From: an uncultured Candidatus Peribacteria bacterium
GTDB lineage: Bacteria > Patescibacteriota > Gracilibacteria > UBA1369 > UBA12473
Assembly: GCA_964436935.1 (NCBI GenBank)
Contig: CAYTES010000001.1
Span: 7,066-71,065, forward strand
Reading direction: 5' to 3'
DNA length: 64,000 nucleotides
Shown: one piece after another, positions 36,841 through 45,929 of the stretch
Layout: every line of letters starts with the position of its first letter
How positions within the stretch are numbered: position 1 is the stretch's first letter
Notes under the pieces: generated by a model
Told to the model about the DNA's origin: nothing
What the model saw: the letters and a program-made list of their open reading frames with translations, nothing else
The model's database searches: none
Translations under genes and position numbers: made by a program

Positions 36841-37782
36841 ATGACTGAACGACCAGAGAATCAAACAATGGATGATGCTAGAAATAGAATAAAATCCATA
36901 GAAATCAATGATACAACACTAAGTACTTTCTATCATAGCGTATTGAATTGGCTCATGGAGGAGAACCCCGATCCTGAAAATTTGATCGATTGGTGCCGAT
37001 ATCCTCCGCAAACTTCTCGAGACATGGAGCCTAACAACCTTTGGATTGTTAGAGCTCTAGAGTTTATACAAAATCCCGAAGATTTAAGGATGGCAAAAAA
37101 CAGACTCGCCTCGGTTCTCAAAAGAATTTTTTCACAAATGCCAGACACTCAATGGTTCGATAAAACATCACCCGAAAGACAGTCCCGCGGACCTCATTTC
37201 AGACCGGCAGAAGTACTGTCCAACCTTTTAGAGCTGGCCTCTTTTGCCAACTGCCCGGATGAACTTGAAGCAGAGTTGATTACCATGCATACAAGAAAAA
37301 AATTCCCGAAAGACAAAGAAAAATATGACCCTGATCCTAGCACCTATGATGTTTGGCGGCTAAGAATGGCATGGAGAAACGCCAGAATAGCAAATCAATC
37401 GGATCGTCGATGGAAAGAAACCTATTTGAAACTATTGAGAGAAGAACCAATAGAAGATGATTTCGAGGAAGGAAATCCATATGATGGACTCAACGGAATA
37501 ATGGCAATACCGAATATAACGATTGAAGAAATTGCAGAAGCACTGTGTTTAATTATATTAATTGTGGATAGAGAAAAAACCGATTGGGGTTATAGTGACA
37601 TACATTATATATTAATCGACATCCAAAAAAAGCCCCCTGCATCCGAATATGAAAAAATAAAGGCAATATTGAAAACAGCCTTAACGGAAAACAGATTACC
37701 GGAGTGGGTAGGAAAATTCATTACATCCCCCGAAGATATAACTGAAGAAATCCAAGAACGAATAGATTCTACACTTTCCTAA
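36841..37782 (+). CDS. hypothetical protein
   Basis: 313-aa ORF on the opposite strand to the frd genes. Visibly AT-rich. Confidence 0.6.
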   Translation: MTERPENQTMDDARNRIKSIEINDTTLSTFYHSVLNWLMEENPDPENLIDWCRYPPQTSRDMEPNNLWIVRALEFIQNPEDLRMAKNRLASVLKRIFSQMPDTQWFDKTSPERQSRGPHFRPAEVLSNLLELASFANCPDELEAELITMHTRKKFPKDKEKYDPDPSTYDVWRLRMAWRNARIANQSDRRWKETYLKLLREEPIEDDFEEGNPYDGLNGIMAIPNITIEEIAEALCLIILIVDREKTDWGYSDIHYILIDIQKKPPASEYEKIKAILKTALTENRLPEWVGKFITSPEDITEEIQERIDSTLS

Positions 37783-37832
37783 GTGAGCGAAATATTCACT
37801 TATCGTATCTTTTCACAAATCCCACCTAATTT

Positions 37833-37919
37833 TTGAAATTTTTCCGAGCGAGCCTGAGTCCTCCTATTTTTCCATTTAAAGAAACCGCCATGTTCTCGAA
37901 CGAGCATTTCCAGAAAGGG
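37833..37919 (+). repeat. conserved-core element, degenerate copy R3a
   Basis: TTTTCCGAGCGAGCCTGAGTCC matches R1 at 20 of 22 positions. After a ~35-nt insert there is CGAACGAG. No clean outer stem was found. Confidence 0.5.
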
Positions 37920-37950
37920 CTATTTTATCATATTCTTCTTCCTATTCCAC

Positions 37951-38025
37951 CTGATTTTTTATATTTCTTGAGTGAGGGATTGAGTCCGCGAAACTCTCGC
38001 GAACGAAGGGAATGTAAAAAATCAG
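37951..38025 (+). repeat. conserved-core long hairpin element, copy R3b
   Basis: Arms CTGATTTTTTATATTTCTT and AGGGAATGTAAAAAATCAG pair at 19 positions, 3 of them T-G. The core reads TTGAGTGAGGGATTGAGTCCGCG..CGAACGAAGGGAAT. The 3' arm overlaps the frdA stop codon (38022-38024). Confidence 0.7.
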
Positions 38026-39725
38026 TATTTGCGCTCCTGCGGCTCCCACTTCGTCATCGTCACCGGCAAGTTCGACCAGCTCATTTTTCCATCCTTCATT
38101 TGAGCCAACTGATGGTGCAAAAACCGCTCATCCTCTCGATTAGGAAAATCAGTACGTACGTGACTACCACGACTCTCTTCACGCGCCACGGCAGCGGTCA
38201 AAAGACACTCGGACACATCCAACATGTGGCCCAACTCAAGCACCAAAATCCACTCCGTATTGAACACATGCCCATGATCCGACACCCCAATGTTGAGATA
38301 CCGCATTTTTAAATTCCGGATCTCTTCAATCCCTTTTTCCATGCGTGTACGATCCCTAATAATTCCTCCGGCCCGTTCCATGACATCATTCAAAATATCG
38401 CGCAAAACGGCTACTTTTTCATGTCCCGAAGCGGTTCGTAAAGCCTCCAACCGCTCTTCTTCTTCACGAATAGAATCATCGTCCACAGTCACGACTCCCT
38501 GACCCTGCACAAACGCAGCCGCCTCTTCTCCCGCCACTCGCCCAAAAACCAAACACTCGGAAAGGGAATTCGACCCCAAACGATTCGCCCCATTGATCGT
38601 CACGCACGCAGTTTCTCCGGCCGCATAAAGCGCCTTCAAGGACGTTTCTGCTTTTAAATTTGTATGAACTCCACCCATAAAATAATGCAGCACCGGTCGC
38701 ACCGGAATCGGCTCCTTCACCGGATCTACATTCTGATAATCAATCGAAATCTCCCGAATCAACGGCAAGCGCTCATTGATCAATTTTTCTCCCAAATGCC
38801 TCAAATCCAGATGGACACACGGTCCATACGGGGTATCAATTCCACGACCCGCCTCAATCTCAGAAACAATCGCGCGTGAAATCAAATCCCTAGGCCCCAA
38901 TTCCATTTTCGAAGGCATATAATCTTTCAAAAAACGATCTCCGGTTTTATTGATCAAATAGCCGCCTTCCCCACGGGCCGCCTCCGTAATCAAAATTCCG
39001 GTTCGCACCAAGCCCGTGGGATGAAATTGAACAAACTCCATGTCCTTCAACAGAGCTCCGGCCCGCAACGCCAAAGACATCCCATCCCCTGTTTTAATAT
39101 TTCCATTCGTGGTGAAACGATAGGTTCGTCCCGCCCCCCCGGTCGCCAAAATGATCGCCTTGCCCGAAAAGGCCACCGTTTCCCCTGTGCGTTGCTGAAT
39201 CGCCACCACCCCCGTCGCACGCTCACCCGTCATTAAAATTTTACTCACATACCACTCGTCATACCGCACAATTTGAGGATATTTCAGACTGCGCTCAAAC
39301 AGACTATGCAGCATATAAAAACCCGTTTTATCCGCCGCATACACCGTGCGCTTCACCGTCATACCACCAAAGGCCCTTACCGCTACCTGACCATCTTCTT
39401 CTCGACTCCACGGACACCCCCAATGTTCCAAATTGGCAATTTCCTTAGGCGCCTCTCGCACAAAAAACTCCACTGCATCTTGATCCGCTAAATAATCGCT
39501 CCCCTTGATCGTATCAAACGCATGAGAATCGAAGTCGTCATAATCCCGAAGCACTCCGGCCAAGCCCCCTTCCGCCGAAACCGTGTGACTGCGAATCGGA
39601 TAAACTTTGGAAATAAGCCCCACGGAAAGCTCAGGATTTTTCTCCACCGCCGCGATCGCCGCACGCAATCCGGCAGCCCCTCCTCCAATGACCAAAATAT
39701 CATGCTGATCGATGAGTTTCATCAA
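38022..39725 (-). CDS. frdA: fumarate reductase / succinate dehydrogenase flavoprotein subunit
   Basis: DILVIGGGAAGLRAA, RSHTVSAEGG (covalent-FAD His context), HPTG, ANRLGSNSL; 567 aa. Confidence 0.93.
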   Translation of the reverse strand: MMKLIDQHDILVIGGGAAGLRAAIAAVEKNPELSVGLISKVYPIRSHTVSAEGGLAGVLRDYDDFDSHAFDTIKGSDYLADQDAVEFFVREAPKEIANLEHWGCPWSREEDGQVAVRAFGGMTVKRTVYAADKTGFYMLHSLFERSLKYPQIVRYDEWYVSKILMTGERATGVVAIQQRTGETVAFSGKAIILATGGAGRTYRFTTNGNIKTGDGMSLALRAGALLKDMEFVQFHPTGLVRTGILITEAARGEGGYLINKTGDRFLKDYMPSKMELGPRDLISRAIVSEIEAGRGIDTPYGPCVHLDLRHLGEKLINERLPLIREISIDYQNVDPVKEPIPVRPVLHYFMGGVHTNLKAETSLKALYAAGETACVTINGANRLGSNSLSECLVFGRVAGEEAAAFVQGQGVVTVDDDSIREEEERLEALRTASGHEKVAVLRDILNDVMERAGGIIRDRTRMEKGIEEIRNLKMRYLNIGVSDHGHVFNTEWILVLELGHMLDVSECLLTAAVAREESRGSHVRTDFPNREDERFLHHQLAQMKDGKMSWSNLPVTMTKWEPQERKY

Positions 39726-39743
39726 AAAAGATCATAGCACAAA

Positions 39744-40256
39744 TCATCGAAATCCTTGAATTTGATCCAATCGAATCCCTAAGCTCTCCATACGTTGAGC
39801 CGCATCAATCAATAAGGGCGTCAAACGTGAATGAATAGAAAAATACAATAAATCAAACCCGGAAACAGCAGCAAATGCATCCGCTCCTTCGAAATCACGT
39901 ACATTGATCAATCGAATAACCTCATCACGAATAGGATCTTCAACAAAAACCATCACCTCATAAATAGGCTTCATTTTCACTAAAAAATTCTCATTTTCTT
40001 GCACAAATCGTTCCATTAATCCTGGAAATTTCTTTTCCAATTGTGAAAAATAACTCCAAGATTCATTAAAAGGCTGAAAGCCAAAAACCTCGGCAAAAAG
40101 ATTCCAAAAATTGTTGCGAAAACGAGGAGGTTTTTCAGCAGAAATAGATCCATGGGGATCAACACCCCATTCTCGCAAAAGCGCATGCGCCCGATCTACA
40201 ACGGGTTTCAAAACTTCAGGAATAGGATAGGAAGAAAACTCCTCGGGAAGCAACAT
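39744..40256 (-). CDS. hypothetical protein
   Basis: 170-aa ORF directly upstream of frdA on the same strand. Confidence 0.6.
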   Translation of the reverse strand: MLLPEEFSSYPIPEVLKPVVDRAHALLREWGVDPHGSISAEKPPRFRNNFWNLFAEVFGFQPFNESWSYFSQLEKKFPGLMERFVQENENFLVKMKPIYEVMVFVEDPIRDEVIRLINVRDFEGADAFAAVSGFDLLYFSIHSRLTPLLIDAAQRMESLGIRLDQIQGFR

Positions 40257-40294
40257 AGAAAAAATTCTAATCTAAAACCCGAATTTAAAGAAAT

Positions 40295-43200
40295 TTAGAA
40301 AATAGCTCGAATCAACTCAACTAAGCTGGCATACAAACCCTGTTTTTCAAAGGAAATTTCTTCCGAGGATTCAAACAGTTCATTGGTTTCTTTCCAGTCC
40401 TGAACCCGCTGAATGATGGTCGAGGTTTCCGCACGATTGAGGCCGTTATAAAGGTCGGCATTTCCCGTGTCTCCCTGTCCCTCAATAATTCCGGCGGCGT
40501 AGAGTGCCTCCGCAGCATGCCAATAGGCATCATCCGGAGCCACATCGGGGAAGTATCCTTCGAAAACAGTGGGAGGTTCCATGCCTTCCTTCTGTCCCAA
40601 TTCGAGCATCAATTGCATCATTTCCGCGCGATTCACCATTTGACTCAGATCGGAATAGGCAATGGAAAGATTCAATGCTTTGGCTTTATTTTCATACGGA
40701 GTCCACCACACCTCTCCTCCTTCTCCAGCGACTTCGTAATCAAAAGCGAACAACGCCATTTTCAAGACTTCGGCCCGTCTTGTGCCGTCACTGGGGCCAA
40801 AATTGTAGGTTCGATTGCCGTTTCCATCTTTGTATCCTCCCAAAATGCCTTCCTGGGCAGATTCGATCACATGACCGGCATACCAGTATTCTGCAGGAGA
40901 CGCATTGTAGGCATCATTAAAAATATACGGAACGTCATGAAACTCATACCCATACTCAAATTTAGACTGCTCCGCTTGCTCCAAAAGTTTTTGCAAATCA
41001 TCAATATAAGTTTGCAACTCAGCCTTAGAGGTTTCCTCATTGAGGGTATTGTTGATCGATTCCCATTGATCCGCGATTTCAGCGGCCAAATCCTCGTCAG
41101 GATAAGGCAGATTGGCAAACAATTCCTTAAACTCGGAAAGTGTTTCCAATTCTTGCGTGTTTTCATTCTCAATTTGTTCAAAATCCAGCGCCGTCACTTG
41201 TTCAAAAACAAGATTATTATTCTCCAACAACGCTTCACCTTGTGCTAAATTCTGAAAATTTTCCATCAGGCGATTGGTGAGTTTTTCCGTTAAATCGATC
41301 TCTAAAAACTTAACCAACTCTTCCATCACCGCCGCTTTAACCACGCGCACAATGTCTTCCAAAAGACTTTCCGTGATGCGGCTCACCAACTCATCCGCGA
41401 TATTTTGACCATATATTTGTTGCAAACGATTGCAGTTTCGGCCACAGTCTGGCCCGGATCCATAAAACTCATTTGAGTCATCAACCAAAATGGCGAACAT
41501 GGCCCAAACAGATTCCCATTCTCGATCCGTTAAAGTTAAACCGGATTGATGCCCGTTCACATAAAGAGAAATTTTTTCAATCTTCGGATCGATGAAGGAC
41601 GCCCATTTGTCCAATTGATTCCAAAAATGTTCCATAGATTTTTCAAGTTCATAAGGTTCACCATTAAAATCATCAAGCAAAGACTGCATGTCTTCTAACA
41701 TTTCTCTAGCATCAGGCATGACCTTAGAAATTTCGTTGAGAAAATTTTGATTCTTTTTATCCAATCGGCCATTTAAAACATCGACGGCAGCTTCAATAAC
41801 CTCAATTTCGTCTTGAAGGACAACCAGCTCTTCCTCGATCCATTGCGATTGAACGAGAGAGTTTTGCAATCGGTGAAGTGGCCCAAGGGCCTCCCACAAA
41901 AGACTGTTGTCTTGGCTATGAAAAGCAAAATCTTCACGGGTCCAGCCCAAATCGGCCCACATTTCATTCAATTCTTCGTCAAAATAGGAGCGTACCGTTT
42001 GACGTTCTTCGGAATCCGTCAGTTCATCAATCGTGCTAAAAGTAGGCATCTCCTCGATGCCGGATTCAAGCGCATCGCCAGAAATTAAAAACTCATCATA
42101 AAGTTGATAAAATTCATCCAGCCAATCTAAGGCATCCGTCAAAGCCCTCTCATCCTGGGATTCCAACTCAATATTCATGGCGTCCAAATGGACGAATAAC
42201 TTATTTTTCTCACGTTTCCATTCTAAAATATTGGTCACATTATCATAAAAGCTCAATTTTCCTTCGACGATATCCCGTTTCATTTGATAAACATCTGTTT
42301 TTCTCAAAATCAATACAGCGGCATCAAGATGATCCCACGTTAAATCTTTTTTATTTTTAAGATAAGTGAGCAGATCATTTTGAGCCTCAAGTTCGTTTGA
42401 AAACGCCTCCGACTCCTCTTGAACATAAAGCAAGAGCTCCTCCAAGGCAGCAATATCTTCCTCAAATTCACCCTTCACCTCATCGAGAAGTTCTGGCGAC
42501 AATCCTTCTTGCTCCAACCCCATCTCATCTTGTTCAACAAACTCGATCCGATCTTCAAAATCTTTAATTTTGCGTTCAATGCGTTTAGAGAATTGTCCAA
42601 AATATTTCAAATCCCGTTCCTTCCAGCGTAACCCTTCTTTCATCTCACTCAATTGTCGACCGGCCTCTTCGGGGTCGATAAGGTTACCATCATTTTGCTG
42701 ATCACAGGAGCCACTTTGAACGTTGCCTTTATCATCCTTACAGATTTCGCACCAGACTCCATCGCCATCCTCATCATTCCATTCACAGCGATTTTGATCG
42801 GGCTCTTCACAATACTGCGTGGTATAATTCCCTTTTTCATCGTAACAAGTTTTACACTCAAGACCCTGTCGGTCGACATAATAATCGCAGCGTCCTTGTT
42901 CAGAATCATCGCCATCATCCCAATCACCCTCTTGATCATCACAAGTATTTTTCAATACCGTCCCATCCGGCTTGGTGCAAGTTTCGCACCAAAAATAGCC
43001 ACCGGTATTTTCATACTCACAATGCGCATTGAGATCAAAATACTCCTCATTGGAATTATACGAATCATCATCAGCGCTATCTTGCCAACACGAACGATTG
43101 GTTACAGTTCCGTTGTTGTCATAACATTTCATGCACTGCAAACCATCCTGCCAAAAATAGTCACAAGAATTGGAACTCATGGATCCGCTTGAACTAGTGC

Positions 43201-45148
43201 TGGTCATCCAACACGAATCATTTTGTTTCACACCTTTATCGTCATAACACACGTTGCATTGCAAACCGTCGGCCTCATAACTTTCACATTGGGCAGAACC
43301 GTAGTAATTAGTTGTCGCGGTGCCATCGGCCGTGATGGTTGTCGTACCAACGATCGTACTGGTGTTGTTTGAAGAAATGGTACCACTGGTCGAACCTGTT
43401 CCCGAACCCGTATTGGTTGAAGTATTTGAAGTATTGTTGCTGGTGGTGGTTCCGCTGGTCGTGCTGGTTGACCCGGTTCCACTCGTAATTAAGGTGGTTC
43501 CCGTTGAAGTATTGTTGTTGGTGGTTCCCGTGTTGTTTGATCCCGTTGTGGCCGTACACGTATTTTTAATTTGCGTTCCATCTTGATAGGAACATTTTTG
43601 ACATTGAGTTCCATCGGAATTTTGCAAAAATTCACAATAAGCGTTTTTGGTGAAGTAATCATCGGGATATTCCGAGGCGTTGGAATAACACCATTCGGTA
43701 CGCAAATAACCCGAGGGGTCATAAAAGGAGGCGCACTCCATGTCGTTCGATTTTCTAAAATACACATTTTTGATGGTGTAACTGTAGCTGACGCTGCAAT
43801 AGGAACTTGATGTTTTTGAGCCCTGAGAACAGGTGGTGCACACCATGTCATTCACACTATTGTTCGTGACGCACTGTTGCGTTGAGGTTGTTGCTGAGGT
43901 TGAGCCCGTGGAGCCGGTAGTTCCACTGGAGGTTTCCGGTTCATACGCGTCACACATTTTCCCGATTCCATCCCCATCCGTATCTTTTTGATCGCTATTC
44001 GCGACTTCAATACAATTATCAGTATTATCCATCACTCCATCTTTATCCGTATCGGTGGTGGAAGATCCCGTAATAGTGACTAAAATGGAATTGCTATAGC
44101 CTAATCCACACTCCTCATTAGTACAGGTACGAATCATCCACGATCCGTTCATTTTAGGCGTTATCCCCGAAAGAGTTTGAATTCCGGTGGACGTTGTGGA
44201 CGTGAGTGTCGTGAGAGTAGTCACCGTACTTGCCGGAGAAGGACTGATAACCTGAATTTTAACATTGATCGGAACCCCGTTCGTGGGAGAGGCGCAGGTA
44301 TAAGTCAATTTAATACTTTCCGAAAAAGTATAGCTTGATTTGTCGGTAGCCAAATAAAATCCGGTGCAGGCCGGATAGGGAGTGGAATCACATTTGTCTC
44401 CTATTTTGTCACCATCGGTATCTTTTTGATCACTATTCGAGGCGTACATACAGTTATCAGTAGCATCCAAAATTCCATCGTAATCAAAATCCGCAGGGCA
44501 ATCCGTGGCACAAACCGTCGAATTTTCACCCGTTTGACAAATGTTATTTCCACAACTCGCCGTATTTTGGGTACTGACGCGATGCGCCGAAACCAAAGCC
44601 TGTTGCGCGGTCAAATCGCAAGCACCTTCATATTTAAATACAGAATAATCATGATCACTTCGACAATGATAGGTTGCCCCCAAATCGTCCACATACAGGC
44701 GCATATTGGTATTCACGTTACTTACCGCCGAAACATTGATATTGACCGACACATTTTTTCCCTCTTTACTCACTCCGGAAATGGTTAACGTTTGCGCACC
44801 AATCGCATCCGCGGCACCGATGGCAATGCCTCCGCTGCATGTATTGCGATTTTCCCATAATCCAGCGTCATTCAAATGACCGCATTCGGTATAGGGTGTT
44901 GGAAAATCTCCGGTCCAAATGGAAATTCCATAATTCAAATTACCCGGAGAATTGCCACCGGGATTGGTCGAAGAAACACTCGTGATTTTAGACAATTGCA
45001 AGAGTTGAACTCCTTCACTGCTGGCAATCACATCCGTTTTCAAAAAAGAACCATATGATCCACCCAATAAATCCCATCCGGTTAGGGTAGCCGCCACAAG
45101 TCCGGCAACCATTAAAAATTTAGGGTTCAATGAAGAAAAAAATTTCAC
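40295..45148 (-). CDS. giant secreted surface protein: TSP3-type Ca-binding repeats, four-Cys repeat array, coiled-coil region, C-terminal SLH domains
   Basis: The N-terminal hydrophobic signal is followed by these parts:
- DxDxDGxxDxxDNC...DQKDTDGDxIGxxCD twice (about 44387-44488 and 43949-44053)
- seven C-x9-11-C-x2-C-x11-12-C units
- T/S/G/N-rich linkers
- a long acidic helical region
- C-terminal FHDVP...GGYKDG...RAEVLKM and YFPDVA...GIIEG...RAETSTI (SLH-like, about 40403-40942). Confidence 0.85.
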   Translation of the reverse strand: MKFFSSLNPKFLMVAGLVAATLTGWDLLGGSYGSFLKTDVIASSEGVQLLQLSKITSVSSTNPGGNSPGNLNYGISIWTGDFPTPYTECGHLNDAGLWENRNTCSGGIAIGAADAIGAQTLTISGVSKEGKNVSVNINVSAVSNVNTNMRLYVDDLGATYHCRSDHDYSVFKYEGACDLTAQQALVSAHRVSTQNTASCGNNICQTGENSTVCATDCPADFDYDGILDATDNCMYASNSDQKDTDGDKIGDKCDSTPYPACTGFYLATDKSSYTFSESIKLTYTCASPTNGVPINVKIQVISPSPASTVTTLTTLTSTTSTGIQTLSGITPKMNGSWMIRTCTNEECGLGYSNSILVTITGSSTTDTDKDGVMDNTDNCIEVANSDQKDTDGDGIGKMCDAYEPETSSGTTGSTGSTSATTSTQQCVTNNSVNDMVCTTCSQGSKTSSSYCSVSYSYTIKNVYFRKSNDMECASFYDPSGYLRTEWCYSNASEYPDDYFTKNAYCEFLQNSDGTQCQKCSYQDGTQIKNTCTATTGSNNTGTTNNNTSTGTTLITSGTGSTSTTSGTTTSNNTSNTSTNTGSGTGSTSGTISSNNTSTIVGTTTITADGTATTNYYGSAQCESYEADGLQCNVCYDDKGVKQNDSCWMTSTSSSGSMSSNSCDYFWQDGLQCMKCYDNNGTVTNRSCWQDSADDDSYNSNEEYFDLNAHCEYENTGGYFWCETCTKPDGTVLKNTCDDQEGDWDDGDDSEQGRCDYYVDRQGLECKTCYDEKGNYTTQYCEEPDQNRCEWNDEDGDGVWCEICKDDKGNVQSGSCDQQNDGNLIDPEEAGRQLSEMKEGLRWKERDLKYFGQFSKRIERKIKDFEDRIEFVEQDEMGLEQEGLSPELLDEVKGEFEEDIAALEELLLYVQEESEAFSNELEAQNDLLTYLKNKKDLTWDHLDAAVLILRKTDVYQMKRDIVEGKLSFYDNVTNILEWKREKNKLFVHLDAMNIELESQDERALTDALDWLDEFYQLYDEFLISGDALESGIEEMPTFSTIDELTDSEERQTVRSYFDEELNEMWADLGWTREDFAFHSQDNSLLWEALGPLHRLQNSLVQSQWIEEELVVLQDEIEVIEAAVDVLNGRLDKKNQNFLNEISKVMPDAREMLEDMQSLLDDFNGEPYELEKSMEHFWNQLDKWASFIDPKIEKISLYVNGHQSGLTLTDREWESVWAMFAILVDDSNEFYGSGPDCGRNCNRLQQIYGQNIADELVSRITESLLEDIVRVVKAAVMEELVKFLEIDLTEKLTNRLMENFQNLAQGEALLENNNLVFEQVTALDFEQIENENTQELETLSEFKELFANLPYPDEDLAAEIADQWESINNTLNEETSKAELQTYIDDLQKLLEQAEQSKFEYGYEFHDVPYIFNDAYNASPAEYWYAGHVIESAQEGILGGYKDGNGNRTYNFGPSDGTRRAEVLKMALFAFDYEVAGEGGEVWWTPYENKAKALNLSIAYSDLSQMVNRAEMMQLMLELGQKEGMEPPTVFEGYFPDVAPDDAYWHAAEALYAAGIIEGQGDTGNADLYNGLNRAETSTIIQRVQDWKETNELFESSEEISFEKQGLYASLVELIRAIF

Positions 45149-45265
45149 GAGGTTGGATTTTAATTTTTATTTTTTGATGACCGAGATATTCCCAAGGCAT
45201 CATATTATTATAGTACTTTTTTAATTTTAAGTCAAATTTTTATGCCCCCAATTCCACCCCCCCAC

Positions 45266-45294
45266 TTGATTCAATTTTTAAAATAAGTTAAACT
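45266..45294 (+). promoter_or_regulatory. candidate promoter of the toxin-antitoxin pair
   Basis: TTGATT (45266-45271), 17-nt spacer, TAAACT (45289-45294), 22 nt upstream of the antitoxin ATG. Confidence 0.3.
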
Positions 45295-45316
45295 TAAGAT
45301 AATCTAATAAAAAAAT

Positions 45317-45586
45317 ATGATTGCCATTTCCACCAAAGAGCTACGTCTAAAAATGCCTTTTGTAAGGAGTGAACTCAAAAAAGGCACTACTTTCTTATTG
45401 ATTCACAAAAGCCAACTCATTGGCGAAATAAAACCGATTAAAAAAGATCAAAAATTGACTGAGATCGATGAAGAACAAAAGATGTGGGAACAAGCCGCGA
45501 TCGAAGATTTAGGAAACGAAGATTGGCTAACACAGGAGGAAATTAATTATTATCTCTCTTTACCCGACTATGACGAATCCATTTAA
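45317..45586 (+). CDS. type II antitoxin (Phd/YefM-like N-terminus)
   Basis: 89-aa ORF overlapping the MazF-like gene by 17 nt, with an acidic C-terminal half. Confidence 0.6.
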   Translation: MIAISTKELRLKMPFVRSELKKGTTFLLIHKSQLIGEIKPIKKDQKLTEIDEEQKMWEQAAIEDLGNEDWLTQEEINYYLSLPDYDESI

Positions 45587-45911
45587 ATTAGGTGAAATTT
45601 ATCTTGTAAGATTTGATCCCAGCGTAGGAAAAGAATACAAAAAAATCCGCCCCGGACTGATCGTTCAAAATGAAAATATAACTTCAAATTATATTACCGT
45701 GGTTCCGATAAGTTCAAAAATAGAACACTGCAAAATGCCGGATATACTCATTGAAAGAAATGGCAAAAATCGACTGGAATTTGATTCGAGAATTATTGTT
45801 CAGCAAATCTCTTCATTTGATCATAGTCGATTCATCAAAAAAATCGGTGCCGTTTCCAGCCCTGTCTTACGCCAAGTGAGAGGCTATTTGAGACGTCATT
45901 TCTTACTGTAA
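45570..45911 (+). CDS. mazF: PemK/MazF-family endoribonuclease toxin
   Basis: GEIYLVRFDPSVGKEYKKIRPGLIV...ITVVPISSK, typical of MazF/PemK; 113 aa. Confidence 0.88.
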   Translation: MTNPFKLGEIYLVRFDPSVGKEYKKIRPGLIVQNENITSNYITVVPISSKIEHCKMPDILIERNGKNRLEFDSRIIVQQISSFDHSRFIKKIGAVSSPVLRQVRGYLRRHFLL

Positions 45912-45929
45912 ATACTAGGAACAACTGAC

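Noticed and set aside
37833-38312. The 159-aa +strand ORF spanning the repeats and running into frdA.
   Set aside because: It overlaps two non-coding repeat elements and then runs antisense to the strongly supported frdA 3' end. The sequence is low complexity.
43300-43560. Repetitive-looking DNA that could be mistaken for a tandem repeat or CRISPR-like array.
   Set aside because: It is the coding sequence of a T/S/G/N-rich low-complexity linker inside the 1617-aa ORF. There are no regularly spaced identical direct repeats with unique spacers anywhere in the window.
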